Source: a virus
Taxonomy: Duplodnaviria; Caudoviricetes
Strand: one strand, 5' to 3'
DNA length: 64,000 bases
Virus record (IMG/VR): IMGVR_UViG_2518285550_000001
Span: 4,277 to 68,276 of that record
Position numbers and translations under genes: made by a program. Positions 8,817 through 18,385 of this stretch are shown piece by piece. The notes under the pieces were generated by a model, which was given only the letters and a program-made list of their open reading frames with translations, had not been told where the DNA came from and ran no database searches. The first letter of the stretch is position 1; each line of letters begins with the position of its first letter.

Positions 8817-10177
8817 AAGGCCAACCGATGCACAACCCACCCACCAGGTCGGATGCCGCAGCCGACACCGCGGCGGCACCGACATTCGACATCGACGCCG
8901 AACGCATCGTCCTCGGCTCGTTGATGACCGACGCAAACCTGATCGACGTCGTATCGGCACGGCTCGGCGCGGGCGACTTCTACAACCCCCGCAACGCCGA
9001 CCTGTACGACATCATCATCAACGCCCACGAGTCCGGAGTTCCCACCGAACCGTTTGCCCTGGGCGGGTACCTCGCCGACCGCGGAGTCCTCAACCGGTTC
9101 GAGGGTGGTGCGCTGTTCCTTCACGGCTGTGTCGCCGCTGTACCGCTCGCCGCGCATGCCCCCTACTACATGGACCGGCTGTTGGAGTTGGCGACCCGGC
9201 GTCGACTGCAAGTCGCCGGTGTGCGCATCAGTCAGGCGGCCACCAAACCCGGCGTTACTTCAGACGACGCGACGGCCCTCGCCGCCGAACTGATCCAGCA
9301 GATCCGCCCCGCAGCCCAGGACGACGACATGGTGCAGTTGGCGGACCTGCTCGACAGCGGCCTAGACGCCATCGAGCATCGCGCCGCCGACCCCGCCGGC
9401 CTTCCCACGGGTTTCGCGGACCTGGATCGGCTGCTCGGCGGACTACGCAAGAAGCAGCTCATCACGATCGCAGCCCCCACCGGCTGCGGCAAATCAGTGT
9501 TCCTGGTGGATGTGGCCCGTCACCTGTCGATCAAACGCAAACACACGGTGGCGCTGTTCAGCCTGGAAATGGCACGCGACGAACTGTTCGAACGGATCAT
9601 ATCCGCGCAAGCTGGGGTGCCGTATCACCTGATCCGTGACGGGAACCTGTCGGACTCCGACTGGCAGCGGGTGTCAACCCAGCTAGGGCCGATGTCCACC
9701 GCTCCCATGTTCATCTGCGACCGCTCGGAGATCAACGTCCGGCAGGTACAGAACAAGTGCCGCGTACTGCAGGCGAAACACGGCCTCGACGCAGTGATCG
9801 TCGACTACACGCAGCTTGTCGAACCGAGCCGGCGGTGCAAGGACGAGCAAGAGCAGATCAGCGACGTCAGCCGGGGCTTGAAGATCATGGCGGGCAGTCT
9901 CGACGTCCCAGTGATCGCCGCTGCCCAGATGAACCGTGGCCCCGACATGCGCGCCGACAAGCTTCCGCAGCTGTCCGACCTGCGCGGGTCCGGATCCATC
10001 GCCAACAACTCCAACGTGGTGATGTTCATCCACCGGCCCGACTACTACGACCCCGAGTCACCCCGGCGGGGTGAGGCCGACTTTGTGGTCCGTAAGGCGC
10101 GGTCGGCGCCGAAGGACGTGGTGACGGTCGCCGCTCAGCTCGACAAGTCCCGATTCGTCGACATGGCCACCGTTTAG
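8813..10177 (+). CDS. dnaB: replicative DNA helicase
   Basis: AERIVLGSL, Walker A APTGCGKS, FSLEM, IVDYTQL, AQMNR, SDLRGSGSI. Confidence 0.95.
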   Translation: MKGQPMHNPPTRSDAAADTAAAPTFDIDAERIVLGSLMTDANLIDVVSARLGAGDFYNPRNADLYDIIINAHESGVPTEPFALGGYLADRGVLNRFEGGALFLHGCVAAVPLAAHAPYYMDRLLELATRRRLQVAGVRISQAATKPGVTSDDATALAAELIQQIRPAAQDDDMVQLADLLDSGLDAIEHRAADPAGLPTGFADLDRLLGGLRKKQLITIAAPTGCGKSVFLVDVARHLSIKRKHTVALFSLEMARDELFERIISAQAGVPYHLIRDGNLSDSDWQRVSTQLGPMSTAPMFICDRSEINVRQVQNKCRVLQAKHGLDAVIVDYTQLVEPSRRCKDEQEQISDVSRGLKIMAGSLDVPVIAAAQMNRGPDMRADKLPQLSDLRGSGSIANNSNVVMFIHRPDYYDPESPRRGEADFVVRKARSAPKDVVTVAAQLDKSRFVDMATV

Positions 10178-10273
10178 ACCGTCCCGCGTGGAGACACGAG
10201 CATCACCTACCGCAAACGCACACCCGACGATCGCGTCGACCCGAACCCGCCACCCCGGATGAGGAGACCACCG

Positions 10274-10447
10274 GTGAAACCACCCATCAGCTTTTACGGC
10301 GGCAAGACCACCATCGCCGCCCAGATTGTCCGGCACCTACCCCCACACGAGCACTACGTGGAGCCCTTCGCCGGCTTCCTCGCCGCCCTGCTCGCCAAGC
10401 GGCCATCAAAGCTCGACGCCCTCACCCCCGCCCCAGCCACCGCCTGA
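10274..10447 (+). pseudogene. truncated Dam-like (D12 class) adenine methyltransferase
   Basis: KPPISFYGGK...LPPHEHYVEPFAG N-terminus only; stops after 57 aa with no DPPY motif. Confidence 0.8.
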
Positions 10448-10462
10448 GGAGACCCGCCGACC

Positions 10463-10996
10463 ATGATCGCTTCGCCCACCGCCGAGCAAGCCGCCCAAGA
10501 CTGGAACATCACCTGGCCCGTCGGCACCCCCGTCCGCTACTGGACGGGCACCCGTAAGGGCGACGGCCACACCGCCCGCACCCGCACCGCCGCACACGTC
10601 CTCGGCGGCCACACCGCCGTCGTCTGGCTGGCAAGCGTCCCCAGCTGCGTCGCCCTCACCCACGTACAACCCACCAGCGAAGACCAGCTGATCCCTGACC
10701 AGCCCGACGGCATCAGCAACGACAGCCACGACCTACCCGACCCGCACCGCGCCGTCACCCGGATCCGCGAGTGGATCGCCACCTGGGGCGACGGGCCCAT
10801 CGACACCGCCGACGGGTGCCCGCGACCTCGAAGCCGTCACCCGCGCCGTCCTGGCCACCCCGGCGACCGAGACAGCGCCGTCGCACACCGCCGCCTGAGG
10901 AGACCCGCCATGACCCAGCCCACGCCATGCGACTGGTGCCGCAAACCCGGCGCCACACACACCGCCAAGGAGCAACTGCGGCCGGTGACCCGATGA
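10463..10996 (+). pseudogene. fused or degenerate hypothetical gene fragments
   Basis: Plausible N-terminal domain (WN..WPVGTPVRYW), then an apparent frame switch near 10820 and an internal RBS+ATG at 10910 with a short CxxC fragment. Confidence 0.4.
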
Positions 10997-11310
10997 CCGT
11001 CTACGTCGATAACTTCCGTCGCTCAGCCCGCGTCGGCCGTAATTCCGGACGCTGGTCCCACCTCACCGCCGACACCGTGCAGGAGCTACACGAGTTCGCC
11101 GCCAAGCTCGGTCTGCACCGCGACTGGTTCCAAACCTGCAAGCAGAAGTGCGCCCCCGAGGGCATGCCCTGCACCCACTGGCACTACGACGTGGTTGACG
11201 TGAGGCGAGGCGAGGCCATCCGGTTGGGCGCGAAGGCCATCACGTGGCGGGAGATGGGCGCGCTCACATCGGCCCGCCGCCGGGCGATGCAGGCAGGTGG
11301 GACTAAGTGA
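10993..11310 (+). CDS. DUF4031-family protein
   Basis: MTVYVD...WSHL.ADT..ELHEFAAKLGL.R.WFQ...HYDV. Confidence 0.85.
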   Translation: MTVYVDNFRRSARVGRNSGRWSHLTADTVQELHEFAAKLGLHRDWFQTCKQKCAPEGMPCTHWHYDVVDVRRGEAIRLGAKAITWREMGALTSARRRAMQAGGTK

Positions 11311-11588
11311 AGCCGCAGCGTGCACTCACCGGCTCCGACTACATCCGCGCCGTCATCGACCAGCTCATCAAGCTCGACACCCCCGTCGACGTCAACGCCC
11401 TGGACCTCGACGAAGAGCAATGCAACATCCCGATCGCCAACGTCGACGAAACCGTGTGGCTGCGCTGGCTCGACGACCCCGAGCACGGCTGGCACCTCGA
11501 CGACGAGCACGGCCGGCGCAGCGCCGCGATCTGCGCTCCGGACACGCCGCCGACTGAAGCCGCCCAGATTCTCGTCGCCTACATCTGA
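11307..11588 (+). CDS. hypothetical protein
   Basis: GTGA overlap, GC-typical codon usage. Confidence 0.55.
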   Translation: MKPQRALTGSDYIRAVIDQLIKLDTPVDVNALDLDEEQCNIPIANVDETVWLRWLDDPEHGWHLDDEHGRRSAAICAPDTPPTEAAQILVAYI

Positions 11589-11600
11589 CAGGAGCCCACC

Positions 11601-12308
11601 ATGAGCACCCAGACGCACTGCACAGACACCACCCCCCACAATCCCCACCGCACCGACCACGGCGCATTCGGCGTACGCGACTGCCCAGGAGTCCCCACCC
11701 GCCTACCTGTCCACGGCGAGTGCCGCCACGACCACCACGCCACCGCCGCCCCCAACGACTGCCAACAGGCGCTCCAGAAGGCGCTCCAGCAGGCGCTCCA
11801 GACCCTCACCGACGTGTGGGCAGCCCTGAACCGCGCCGGCTGCCACAGCCCGATCGCCACCCCCGCCGAGCTGATCGACCAGCTCGCCGCCGACCGGGAC
11901 CAGGCCCACGCCGACCTTGCCGACGCCCAGGAGCTGATCGCCGCCCTCGACGACGCTGTCGAGCGGATCGACCGGGCGCGGGCGCGGTACGCCACCCGCC
12001 CCGGTTCCACGGCCGGCGGCGCGCACGACGTGGAGACCCTGATCCGCCACTGCGTCTACCCGGGATGTCGCCGGAGCTATCGCGCGGATGTCGGCCCGTC
12101 GGATCGGGGCTGGATGCGTCTGCGTGGCCTTACGGTGCTCTGCCCGGACCACAGCACCGCCGCCGGCAGCGCGCAGGACACCGCGCCACCCGCTGAGAGC
12201 CACACACGGCCGCCTGGAGACCCCGGCGCGGGTGTGGACGTGGGCGGCGCCCTCCTAACCGCTCACAGTGGATCTCAACCCGCCACCCGCTGGAGGAACG
12301 ACCAGTGA
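11601..12308 (+). CDS. hypothetical protein (coiled coil plus C-terminal Cys/His motif)
   Basis: AGGAG RBS; CVYPGC...LCPDH. Confidence 0.55.
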   Translation: MSTQTHCTDTTPHNPHRTDHGAFGVRDCPGVPTRLPVHGECRHDHHATAAPNDCQQALQKALQQALQTLTDVWAALNRAGCHSPIATPAELIDQLAADRDQAHADLADAQELIAALDDAVERIDRARARYATRPGSTAGGAHDVETLIRHCVYPGCRRSYRADVGPSDRGWMRLRGLTVLCPDHSTAAGSAQDTAPPAESHTRPPGDPGAGVDVGGALLTAHSGSQPATRWRNDQ

Positions 12309-12496
12309 GCATGGCCTACATCCGCCGTCACTACGGCGTCCCCGCTAAACGCGGTGTCCGCATCATCGCCAACGGCAGGCCCGGCACCATCACCAGCACC
12401 GACGGCGCCCGACTCCGCGTCCGCCTCACCGGCGACACCCGGTCCACCGTCCACCACCCGACCTGGCGCGTCCAATATCCCGAGGCCGCGCCGTGA
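12305..12496 (+). CDS. conserved small phage protein
   Basis: YIRRHYGVPAKRG.R....G..G.I...HPTW motif. Confidence 0.7.
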   Translation: MSMAYIRRHYGVPAKRGVRIIANGRPGTITSTDGARLRVRLTGDTRSTVHHPTWRVQYPEAAP

Positions 12497-12591
12497 GTAG
12501 CAGCTGGCGCGGCGGCAGCACCAGCGCCTGGCGGCGACTACGCGCCCACGTCCTAGCCCCGGCCACCCAGACCCTGACCGTCGCTCGCTGA
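12493..12591 (+). pseudogene. HNH endonuclease N-terminal remnant
   Basis: SSSWRGGSTSAWRRLRAHVL resembles the N-terminus of packaging-associated actinophage HNH proteins; no HNH core follows. Confidence 0.5.
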
Positions 12592-12659
12592 GAGGCCCGC
12601 CCCGTGACACCGCACCGCCTGCACGCCACCGCCGCCTAGTCCATGCGAGAGGCCACCCC

Positions 12660-13481
12660 ATGAGCAACCCCATGCGCAAACAGCAGCCCACGCGGCCCGG
12701 CGACCCCGCCAAGGACCCCAGCAAACACGCCTACTACGGCGGTCGCCGCAAGGACGGTAGCCCCTGCGGCGGCCGGGTTGTGGAGGGCACCAGGACCTGC
12801 CGAATGCACGCCGGCAAGCCGCTTGCGCAGGTGAAGGCCGAGGGTCAGATTCGGGTGGAGGTGCGGCGGTGGATGCTCGACGACCACGATGGCACCAGCG
12901 TGGATCCCCGATCAATGTTGCTGAACCTGATCGCGTTTTGGCGGTGGAAAACGAACCACTACGGGCGGCTGATCGGGGAGGCGTACGAGGCGGCGGAGCG
13001 GCTGCGGGAGGCGCATGCCGCCAGCGCCCTGATCGTCACCCCGGACCCTGGGGAGGATGACGACGGCGAGCACCCCGCTGTGCAGTCGGCTCGCGCCGAT
13101 CTAGAGCGAATCTTTACTACCGGTGGCGTCGCGGCGCTGGTCGGGAACCGGTACGACGCGGATCGCGCCGGCCGGGTGTACGCAGTCGATGAGGGCGTGC
13201 GGGCGCTCGTAAGCCTCGAAGGTGAGGCGTCGGATCGGGTGGCGCGGTACTGCGCGCTGGCGATTCAGGCGAAGGTCGCCGAGGCTCGGATCGAGCTGGC
13301 GCAGCAGGTCGGGGCGATGATCGCGACGGTGATTGTGGGCGTGCTCGGGGATCTGGGTGTGTCGGCCGACGAGCGGGTTATGGGTCTGGTTGCTTCGCAT
13401 ATGGATCTGGTGGCGGGAGGTTCCTCGCCCGTGGTCGAGGGGCGCACCGGGCAGCTGACGCCGAAACCGGCCGCCGGATAG
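12660..13481 (+). CDS. putative terminase small subunit (HGGxSTG-like N-terminal motif)
   Basis: G.PC.......CRMHAG motif, helical C-terminus, location upstream of TerL. Confidence 0.55.
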   Translation: MSNPMRKQQPTRPGDPAKDPSKHAYYGGRRKDGSPCGGRVVEGTRTCRMHAGKPLAQVKAEGQIRVEVRRWMLDDHDGTSVDPRSMLLNLIAFWRWKTNHYGRLIGEAYEAAERLREAHAASALIVTPDPGEDDDGEHPAVQSARADLERIFTTGGVAALVGNRYDADRAGRVYAVDEGVRALVSLEGEASDRVARYCALAIQAKVAEARIELAQQVGAMIATVIVGVLGDLGVSADERVMGLVASHMDLVAGGSSPVVEGRTGQLTPKPAAG

Positions 13482-13599
13482 CGCGAGCGGCCCGGCATCC
13501 CCCTCCCCGAGGTACCGGACCGCCAACACCGCACCGCCGCCTCCCCAAGCACCGGCTACCACAAGCGTACCGTCACCAGCGCGAACGGAGATTACCGAC

Positions 13600-14724
13600 A
13601 TGGCCACCTTCTGCCCCGTCGACTGCACCTGCCACAGCTCCCCGTACGCGCCCTGCAGTGCCTCCGGCGGCTGCGGCTCGGCCGGCTGCACACTCGCCGG
13701 CTGCGCTGCCTGCCGCAGGCGGCCCCGCGACACCGGCCATGTGTGCGATCCGTGCCGCATCTGGCTATCCAACGCCTTACGTGCCATTCCGGAGCTCGCC
13801 AGGCGCGCCCGCGACGAGCTGATCCCCGCCGACGACAGCAGCAGCCGCGCCGTGTTGGTGTGCCGCACCTGCGGCGCTACCGCCCCGGCCGGTGCCGTCC
13901 CCCACCATCCCGGCCGGCCCGAGTACGACCGTTCACCCACGCGCCGGCATGCCGGCTGGGTGCCGCGCCGTGTCATCGGCCACGCTGGCGGTCCGGTGCG
14001 CTCCGTGGCCTCCGACACCATCGTTACCGGCGGTGACGGTGAGGCGTCCGTTCCTATCGACCTGCACCTGCACGACCTACTCGCCCCAGTGGTCCGCGAC
14101 GGCGGCCGGCCCATCGACACCACCGGCGACAACTGGGTGCAGGCCCTGGACACCCAGCCCCGCACCGTGTGGGTCGACAACGGATCCAAGGGCAGGCGCA
14201 GGGCCACCGTGCTTGACCGGCGGCCACGGCGTGACGCCGCCGGCCACAGGGTGATGACTCCTGCCGGCGACCAGATCGGTGAGGTGCCCATCGCCCAGAT
14301 CCTCGACCAGGAGGTACGCGCGTGGATTGATGCCGGCGCTCCCGGCGGCTCGTTCCGGCCGGCCCCGACTATCGACGGTCTCGTTGACTGGCTGATCACG
14401 CGCCTTGACTGGGCGTGCGACTGGTACGCGGGGATCGGTGTTTTCGCCGATGCCGTGCGGCAGATCCGCGGGCGGATGATGGCCGCGCTCGGGGACCTCG
14501 ACCCGGAGCCGGAACGCTGCGAGGGTGTCGCGTGTAGCCGGTGTGACCTGCGGATGTTGTTCCGTCGGCAGGACGGTTCGGGGGATGTGGAGTGCCAGAA
14601 TCCGGACTGCCTGAGGGTGTTCACCGGCGTCGAGTACCGGGACCTGGTGGCGGCGGAGGCCGCCGATGAACGGGGCCGGCGGCCTCCGCAGGAGGTGGCG
14701 GCGTTGATACGCCGGTCACGCTGA
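13600..14724 (+). CDS. multi-zinc-finger protein, possible late-gene activator or antiterminator
   Basis: Several CxxC clusters at both ends; last gene before the intergenic hairpin and the late operon. Confidence 0.55.
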   Translation: MATFCPVDCTCHSSPYAPCSASGGCGSAGCTLAGCAACRRRPRDTGHVCDPCRIWLSNALRAIPELARRARDELIPADDSSSRAVLVCRTCGATAPAGAVPHHPGRPEYDRSPTRRHAGWVPRRVIGHAGGPVRSVASDTIVTGGDGEASVPIDLHLHDLLAPVVRDGGRPIDTTGDNWVQALDTQPRTVWVDNGSKGRRRATVLDRRPRRDAAGHRVMTPAGDQIGEVPIAQILDQEVRAWIDAGAPGGSFRPAPTIDGLVDWLITRLDWACDWYAGIGVFADAVRQIRGRMMAALGDLDPEPERCEGVACSRCDLRMLFRRQDGSGDVECQNPDCLRVFTGVEYRDLVAAEAADERGRRPPQEVAALIRRSR

Positions 14725-14817
14725 GCGGCTGCCAGCCGCGCGGGTGACCCCGCAAACTGGCGGAATCGTTGATCAGCATTTACGGTGGGTGTTGGCAGAG
14801 TGTGCCCACAGACCGTA

Positions 14818-14850
14818 CGAAGCCCCGCGCCGAGCTGGTGCGGGGCTTCG
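14818..14850 (+). terminator. hairpin in the late-operon leader
   Basis: CGAAGCCCCGC / GCGGGGCTTCG perfect 11-bp stem. Confidence 0.65.
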
Positions 14851-14879
14851 ACGTACCCGCGGCAGGGGGGTGAACTACC

Positions 14880-15158
14880 GTGTGGCCCTCAGTCGATCCG
14901 GACACCCGCTTGACCGCGAGGGAACTCGCGATCGCCCTGGGAGTGTCTCCGCAGCTGGTGAACCGGTGGCACACCGACGGCTACCTCCGCGACGGCGAGC
15001 ACGTGTACTTGCCGATGGCGGATCGCAATCGGCGGGGACACCGACGCTTCCGCTACTTGGACGGGGCGAGGGCCGAGGCGGCGACACGGCGATCACCGAA
15101 GTCGTCCCGCAAACGCCCTGGCGGCTCCGCAGTAGTGGACTGCAGGGCTGCGGGCTGA
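14880..15158 (+). CDS. MerR/excisionase-like HTH protein
   Basis: LTARELAIALGVSPQLVNRW...G.L...RRFRY. Confidence 0.65.
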   Translation: MWPSVDPDTRLTARELAIALGVSPQLVNRWHTDGYLRDGEHVYLPMADRNRRGHRRFRYLDGARAEAATRRSPKSSRKRPGGSAVVDCRAAG

Positions 15159-15177
15159 CTCGCGGGGAGGTGGGCGT

Positions 15178-16692
15178 ATGGCCCTCCTCGATATTCACCT
15201 GGCATGGGCGGAGGCGACCGAAAGGTTCAAGCCGCAGCCGCCTTCTCCCTATCTGACCGACCCGGTCGGCTGGTGCCAGACCCGGCTTGGCGAGTTCCTG
15301 TGGTCCAAGCAGCGGGACATCGCCGAAAGCGTGCGCGACAACCGGCGTACCGCCGTCAAGTCGTGCCACAACGCCGGTAAGTCGTGGATCGCCTCGCGAG
15401 TCGCAGCCTGGTGGCTCGACACCCATCCCCCGGGTCAGGCAATCGTCGTGTCGACGGCACCCACGTACAAGCAGGTCCATGCGATCCTGTGGGAGGAGAT
15501 TCGCGCCGCGGCGAGGAAAGCCACCAGCCGCGGGGATCCACTTCCAGGCCGCGTGTTGCAGTCGGACGAGTGGAAACTTGACGACGGCACCCTCATCGGA
15601 TTCGGACGTAAGCCAGCCGACACCGATGAGCACGGGTTCCAGGGCATCCACCGCCGGTGGGTGCTGGTCATCCTCGATGAGGCGTGCGGCGTTCCCACGC
15701 AGCTCTACACTGCGGTGGAGGCGATCACCACCAACGCGGACTGCCGGATCTTGGCGATTGGTAACCCGGACGACCCGGGGTCAGAGTTCCACGAGGTGTG
15801 CAAGCCCGGCTCGGGATGGCACGTCATTCGCATTTCTGGGTTGGAAACCCCGAACATGACCGCCGAGCGGGTCGCCGCCCAGCCGGGCCTGGCCGACCTG
15901 TTCGACTCCATCGGCGTCAGCCCGTCTGCCGAGTCCGTACCCGAGGGCCTACGTCCGTTGATGCTCGACCCTGAGTGGGTCGCCGACAAGGTACGCCGCT
16001 GGGGTGTTACGTCTCCCCGTTTCATGTCCAAGGTGCTCGGCGAGTTCCCGGAGATCGGCGATGACGTTCTTATCCCGCCGGCGTGGATCAACGCCGCGCA
16101 GGAGCGCGAGTCGGCGCCGGGCCCGTGGGCGATCCTCGGCGTTGACGTCGCCCGCTACGGCTCCGATCGCACGATTCTGTGTCTTCGACGGGGGCCCGTC
16201 GCCCGGATCGTCGGCGATCACGCGATGCAGGCCACCACCGACACCACCGGGAAGGTCGTGCGCGCCAAGCACGACCACGACGTCGACGAGATCCGCGTTG
16301 ACGGAGTCGGGGTTGGCGGCGGCGTGGTCGACCGGCTCCTCGAACTCGGCCACGACGTTATCGACATGCAGGCCGGCGGCGGAGCCGTCGACTCAGAGCA
16401 TTTCCTCAACGCGCGGGCGGAGTGGTATTGGGGTCTGCGGGAGCGATTCGAGGCCGGGCACGTAGACATCGACCCCGACGATGATGATCTGGCTGCTCAA
16501 CTCGGTGCGATCAAGTACAAGATCACGTCGCGGGGGCAGATCCAGATCGAGTCGAAAGATGAGATGCGCAAGCGTGGCATCCCGTCTCCTGACAGGGCGG
16601 ACGCGCTGATGCTGACCGACGCGGCGACACCGTTGCCGGAGCAGGTCGTCGAGGACGACGAGGACGCCGCCTTCGGTATCTCACCGGTGTGA
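15178..16692 (+). CDS. terL: terminase large subunit
   Basis: Walker A SCHNAGKS, TAPTYKQV, Walker B VILDEA, IGNP, nuclease GVDVARYGSD, SPDRADAL. Confidence 0.95.
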   Translation: MALLDIHLAWAEATERFKPQPPSPYLTDPVGWCQTRLGEFLWSKQRDIAESVRDNRRTAVKSCHNAGKSWIASRVAAWWLDTHPPGQAIVVSTAPTYKQVHAILWEEIRAAARKATSRGDPLPGRVLQSDEWKLDDGTLIGFGRKPADTDEHGFQGIHRRWVLVILDEACGVPTQLYTAVEAITTNADCRILAIGNPDDPGSEFHEVCKPGSGWHVIRISGLETPNMTAERVAAQPGLADLFDSIGVSPSAESVPEGLRPLMLDPEWVADKVRRWGVTSPRFMSKVLGEFPEIGDDVLIPPAWINAAQERESAPGPWAILGVDVARYGSDRTILCLRRGPVARIVGDHAMQATTDTTGKVVRAKHDHDVDEIRVDGVGVGGGVVDRLLELGHDVIDMQAGGGAVDSEHFLNARAEWYWGLRERFEAGHVDIDPDDDDLAAQLGAIKYKITSRGQIQIESKDEMRKRGIPSPDRADALMLTDAATPLPEQVVEDDEDAAFGISPV

Positions 16693-16706
16693 GGGGGTGC
16701 ATCGTA

Positions 16707-18335
16707 ATGCGGATCCCGTTCACCGAAACGCGGCAGTTACGCGCCGAGGTGCAACAGCTGTCCACCGAACTCGCCCAGCAGCTCGACAGCAACCAGCTAC
16801 TCGCCGAGTCCGTCGCCGACCTTGAGCGAGCGCTGAACGAGCCCGGCTGGATCCTGGCGCTGGCGAACACCGACCGCGAGTTCACCCCCGAGGGACTCGT
16901 GCGGATGCGGGCCATCTGCCGCCTGTACGCCATCAAATCGCCGCTGATCCGCCGCGGGCTGAACCTGCGATCGGCGTATGTGTGGGGTCAGGGCGCGGAG
17001 ATCACCGCGCGGGCCAACGGCCACCGCCGCCCCGGCGAGCAGGACGTACAGAAGGTCGTCACCAGCTTCCTCGACGACCCCGCCAATGTGCGGGCGGTTA
17101 CCGGTGCTGAGGCCCGAGACCAGCTGGAGCACGCCCTCGGCACCGACGGCGAGCTGTTCTTCGCCCTGTTCACCCGCCCCCTCGACGGCCGGGTGCAGGT
17201 ACGCACCATCGCCGCAGACGAGGTCGTGCGTGTCATCTGCAACCCCGAGGATCGCTCCGAACCGTGGTACTACCAGCGGCGCTGGATCCGCGAGGTTCTC
17301 GACCCGGCGACCGGGCACTACACCCGCACCACCGTCGAGGGCTACTACCCTGCGATCGACTACCGGCCAGCCACCCGGCCCCGCCGTATCGGCTCCCACC
17401 CGGTGCACTGGGACGCACCGGTGCTACACGTGACGGTGAACCGGCCGCACGGCTGGCAGCGGGGCATCCCGGACGCATACGCGGCAATCGACTGGGCGAA
17501 AGCGTACAAAGAGTTTTTGGAGGACTGGGCGAGACTCATGCGGAGTCTCAGCCGGTACGCGTGGAAGACCACCACCCCCGGCCGGAAGTCAGCCGCGGTC
17601 AAAGCGCGCGTGGCGCAGGCACCCGGCCGGGATCCATCAACCGGGGAACCGCAGCACGCCGGCGCCACGGTCATGCTGTCGCCGGACATGGGACTGGAGG
17701 CAGTCTCGAAGTCCGGTGCGACGATCGACGCGGACTCGGGCCGGCCACTGGCCACGATGGTCGCCTCCGCGCTGGACGTGCCCGTGACGATGCTGCTCGC
17801 CGACCCTGGGCAGACCGGCGCCCGCGCCACAGCCGAAACGCTGGACCAGCCAACCGAGCTGGCGATGGGACAGCGCCGTGACCTGTGGGCATCCTGGTAC
17901 CAGCGGATCCTGCGCTACGTCATCACCGAGGCGGTCCGCGCGGTCAACGGGCCGCTACGCGGGACCATCCGCCGGGACGCGTGGACGGGCAGCGAACAGG
18001 TGGCCCTGGCCGCAGACACCGACCTGACGATCGACATCGTGTGGCGGGACCTCGATGACACGGACGTCGCCACGACAGTGCGGGCGATCAAGACCGCGTC
18101 GGACACCGGCACGGTGCCGCCCGAGGTGGTGCTGCGGCTGCTGCTGACCGCGCTCGGAGTGCGGCAGGTCGACGACATCGTGGGGCAGCTACTTGACGGC
18201 GATGGCGAGTTCATGTGGCCGAACGGTCCGCCGCTGGGTGGCGGGCAGTCAGCGGCGGACCGGCAACGCGCCGGCCAGGACCCGGCCGGCACCGGGCCGG
18301 GACGCATGACGCCCGACGGTGACGCCGATCAGTGA
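16707..18335 (+). CDS. portal protein
   Basis: Follows TerL; about 540 aa; SPLIRRG..LR..YVWG.G, DGELF. Confidence 0.8.
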   Translation: MRIPFTETRQLRAEVQQLSTELAQQLDSNQLLAESVADLERALNEPGWILALANTDREFTPEGLVRMRAICRLYAIKSPLIRRGLNLRSAYVWGQGAEITARANGHRRPGEQDVQKVVTSFLDDPANVRAVTGAEARDQLEHALGTDGELFFALFTRPLDGRVQVRTIAADEVVRVICNPEDRSEPWYYQRRWIREVLDPATGHYTRTTVEGYYPAIDYRPATRPRRIGSHPVHWDAPVLHVTVNRPHGWQRGIPDAYAAIDWAKAYKEFLEDWARLMRSLSRYAWKTTTPGRKSAAVKARVAQAPGRDPSTGEPQHAGATVMLSPDMGLEAVSKSGATIDADSGRPLATMVASALDVPVTMLLADPGQTGARATAETLDQPTELAMGQRRDLWASWYQRILRYVITEAVRAVNGPLRGTIRRDAWTGSEQVALAADTDLTIDIVWRDLDDTDVATTVRAIKTASDTGTVPPEVVLRLLLTALGVRQVDDIVGQLLDGDGEFMWPNGPPLGGGQSAADRQRAGQDPAGTGPGRMTPDGDADQ

Positions 18336-18385
18336 CAGGCAACCGACGGCAGCGGACCGCCGGCAGACGTCGAAAGGGCGGGGTC

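Noticed and set aside
11768-11801. 12-bp tandem repeat encoding QALQKALQQALQ
   Set aside because: Short in-frame coding duplication with no sign of a DNA-level role
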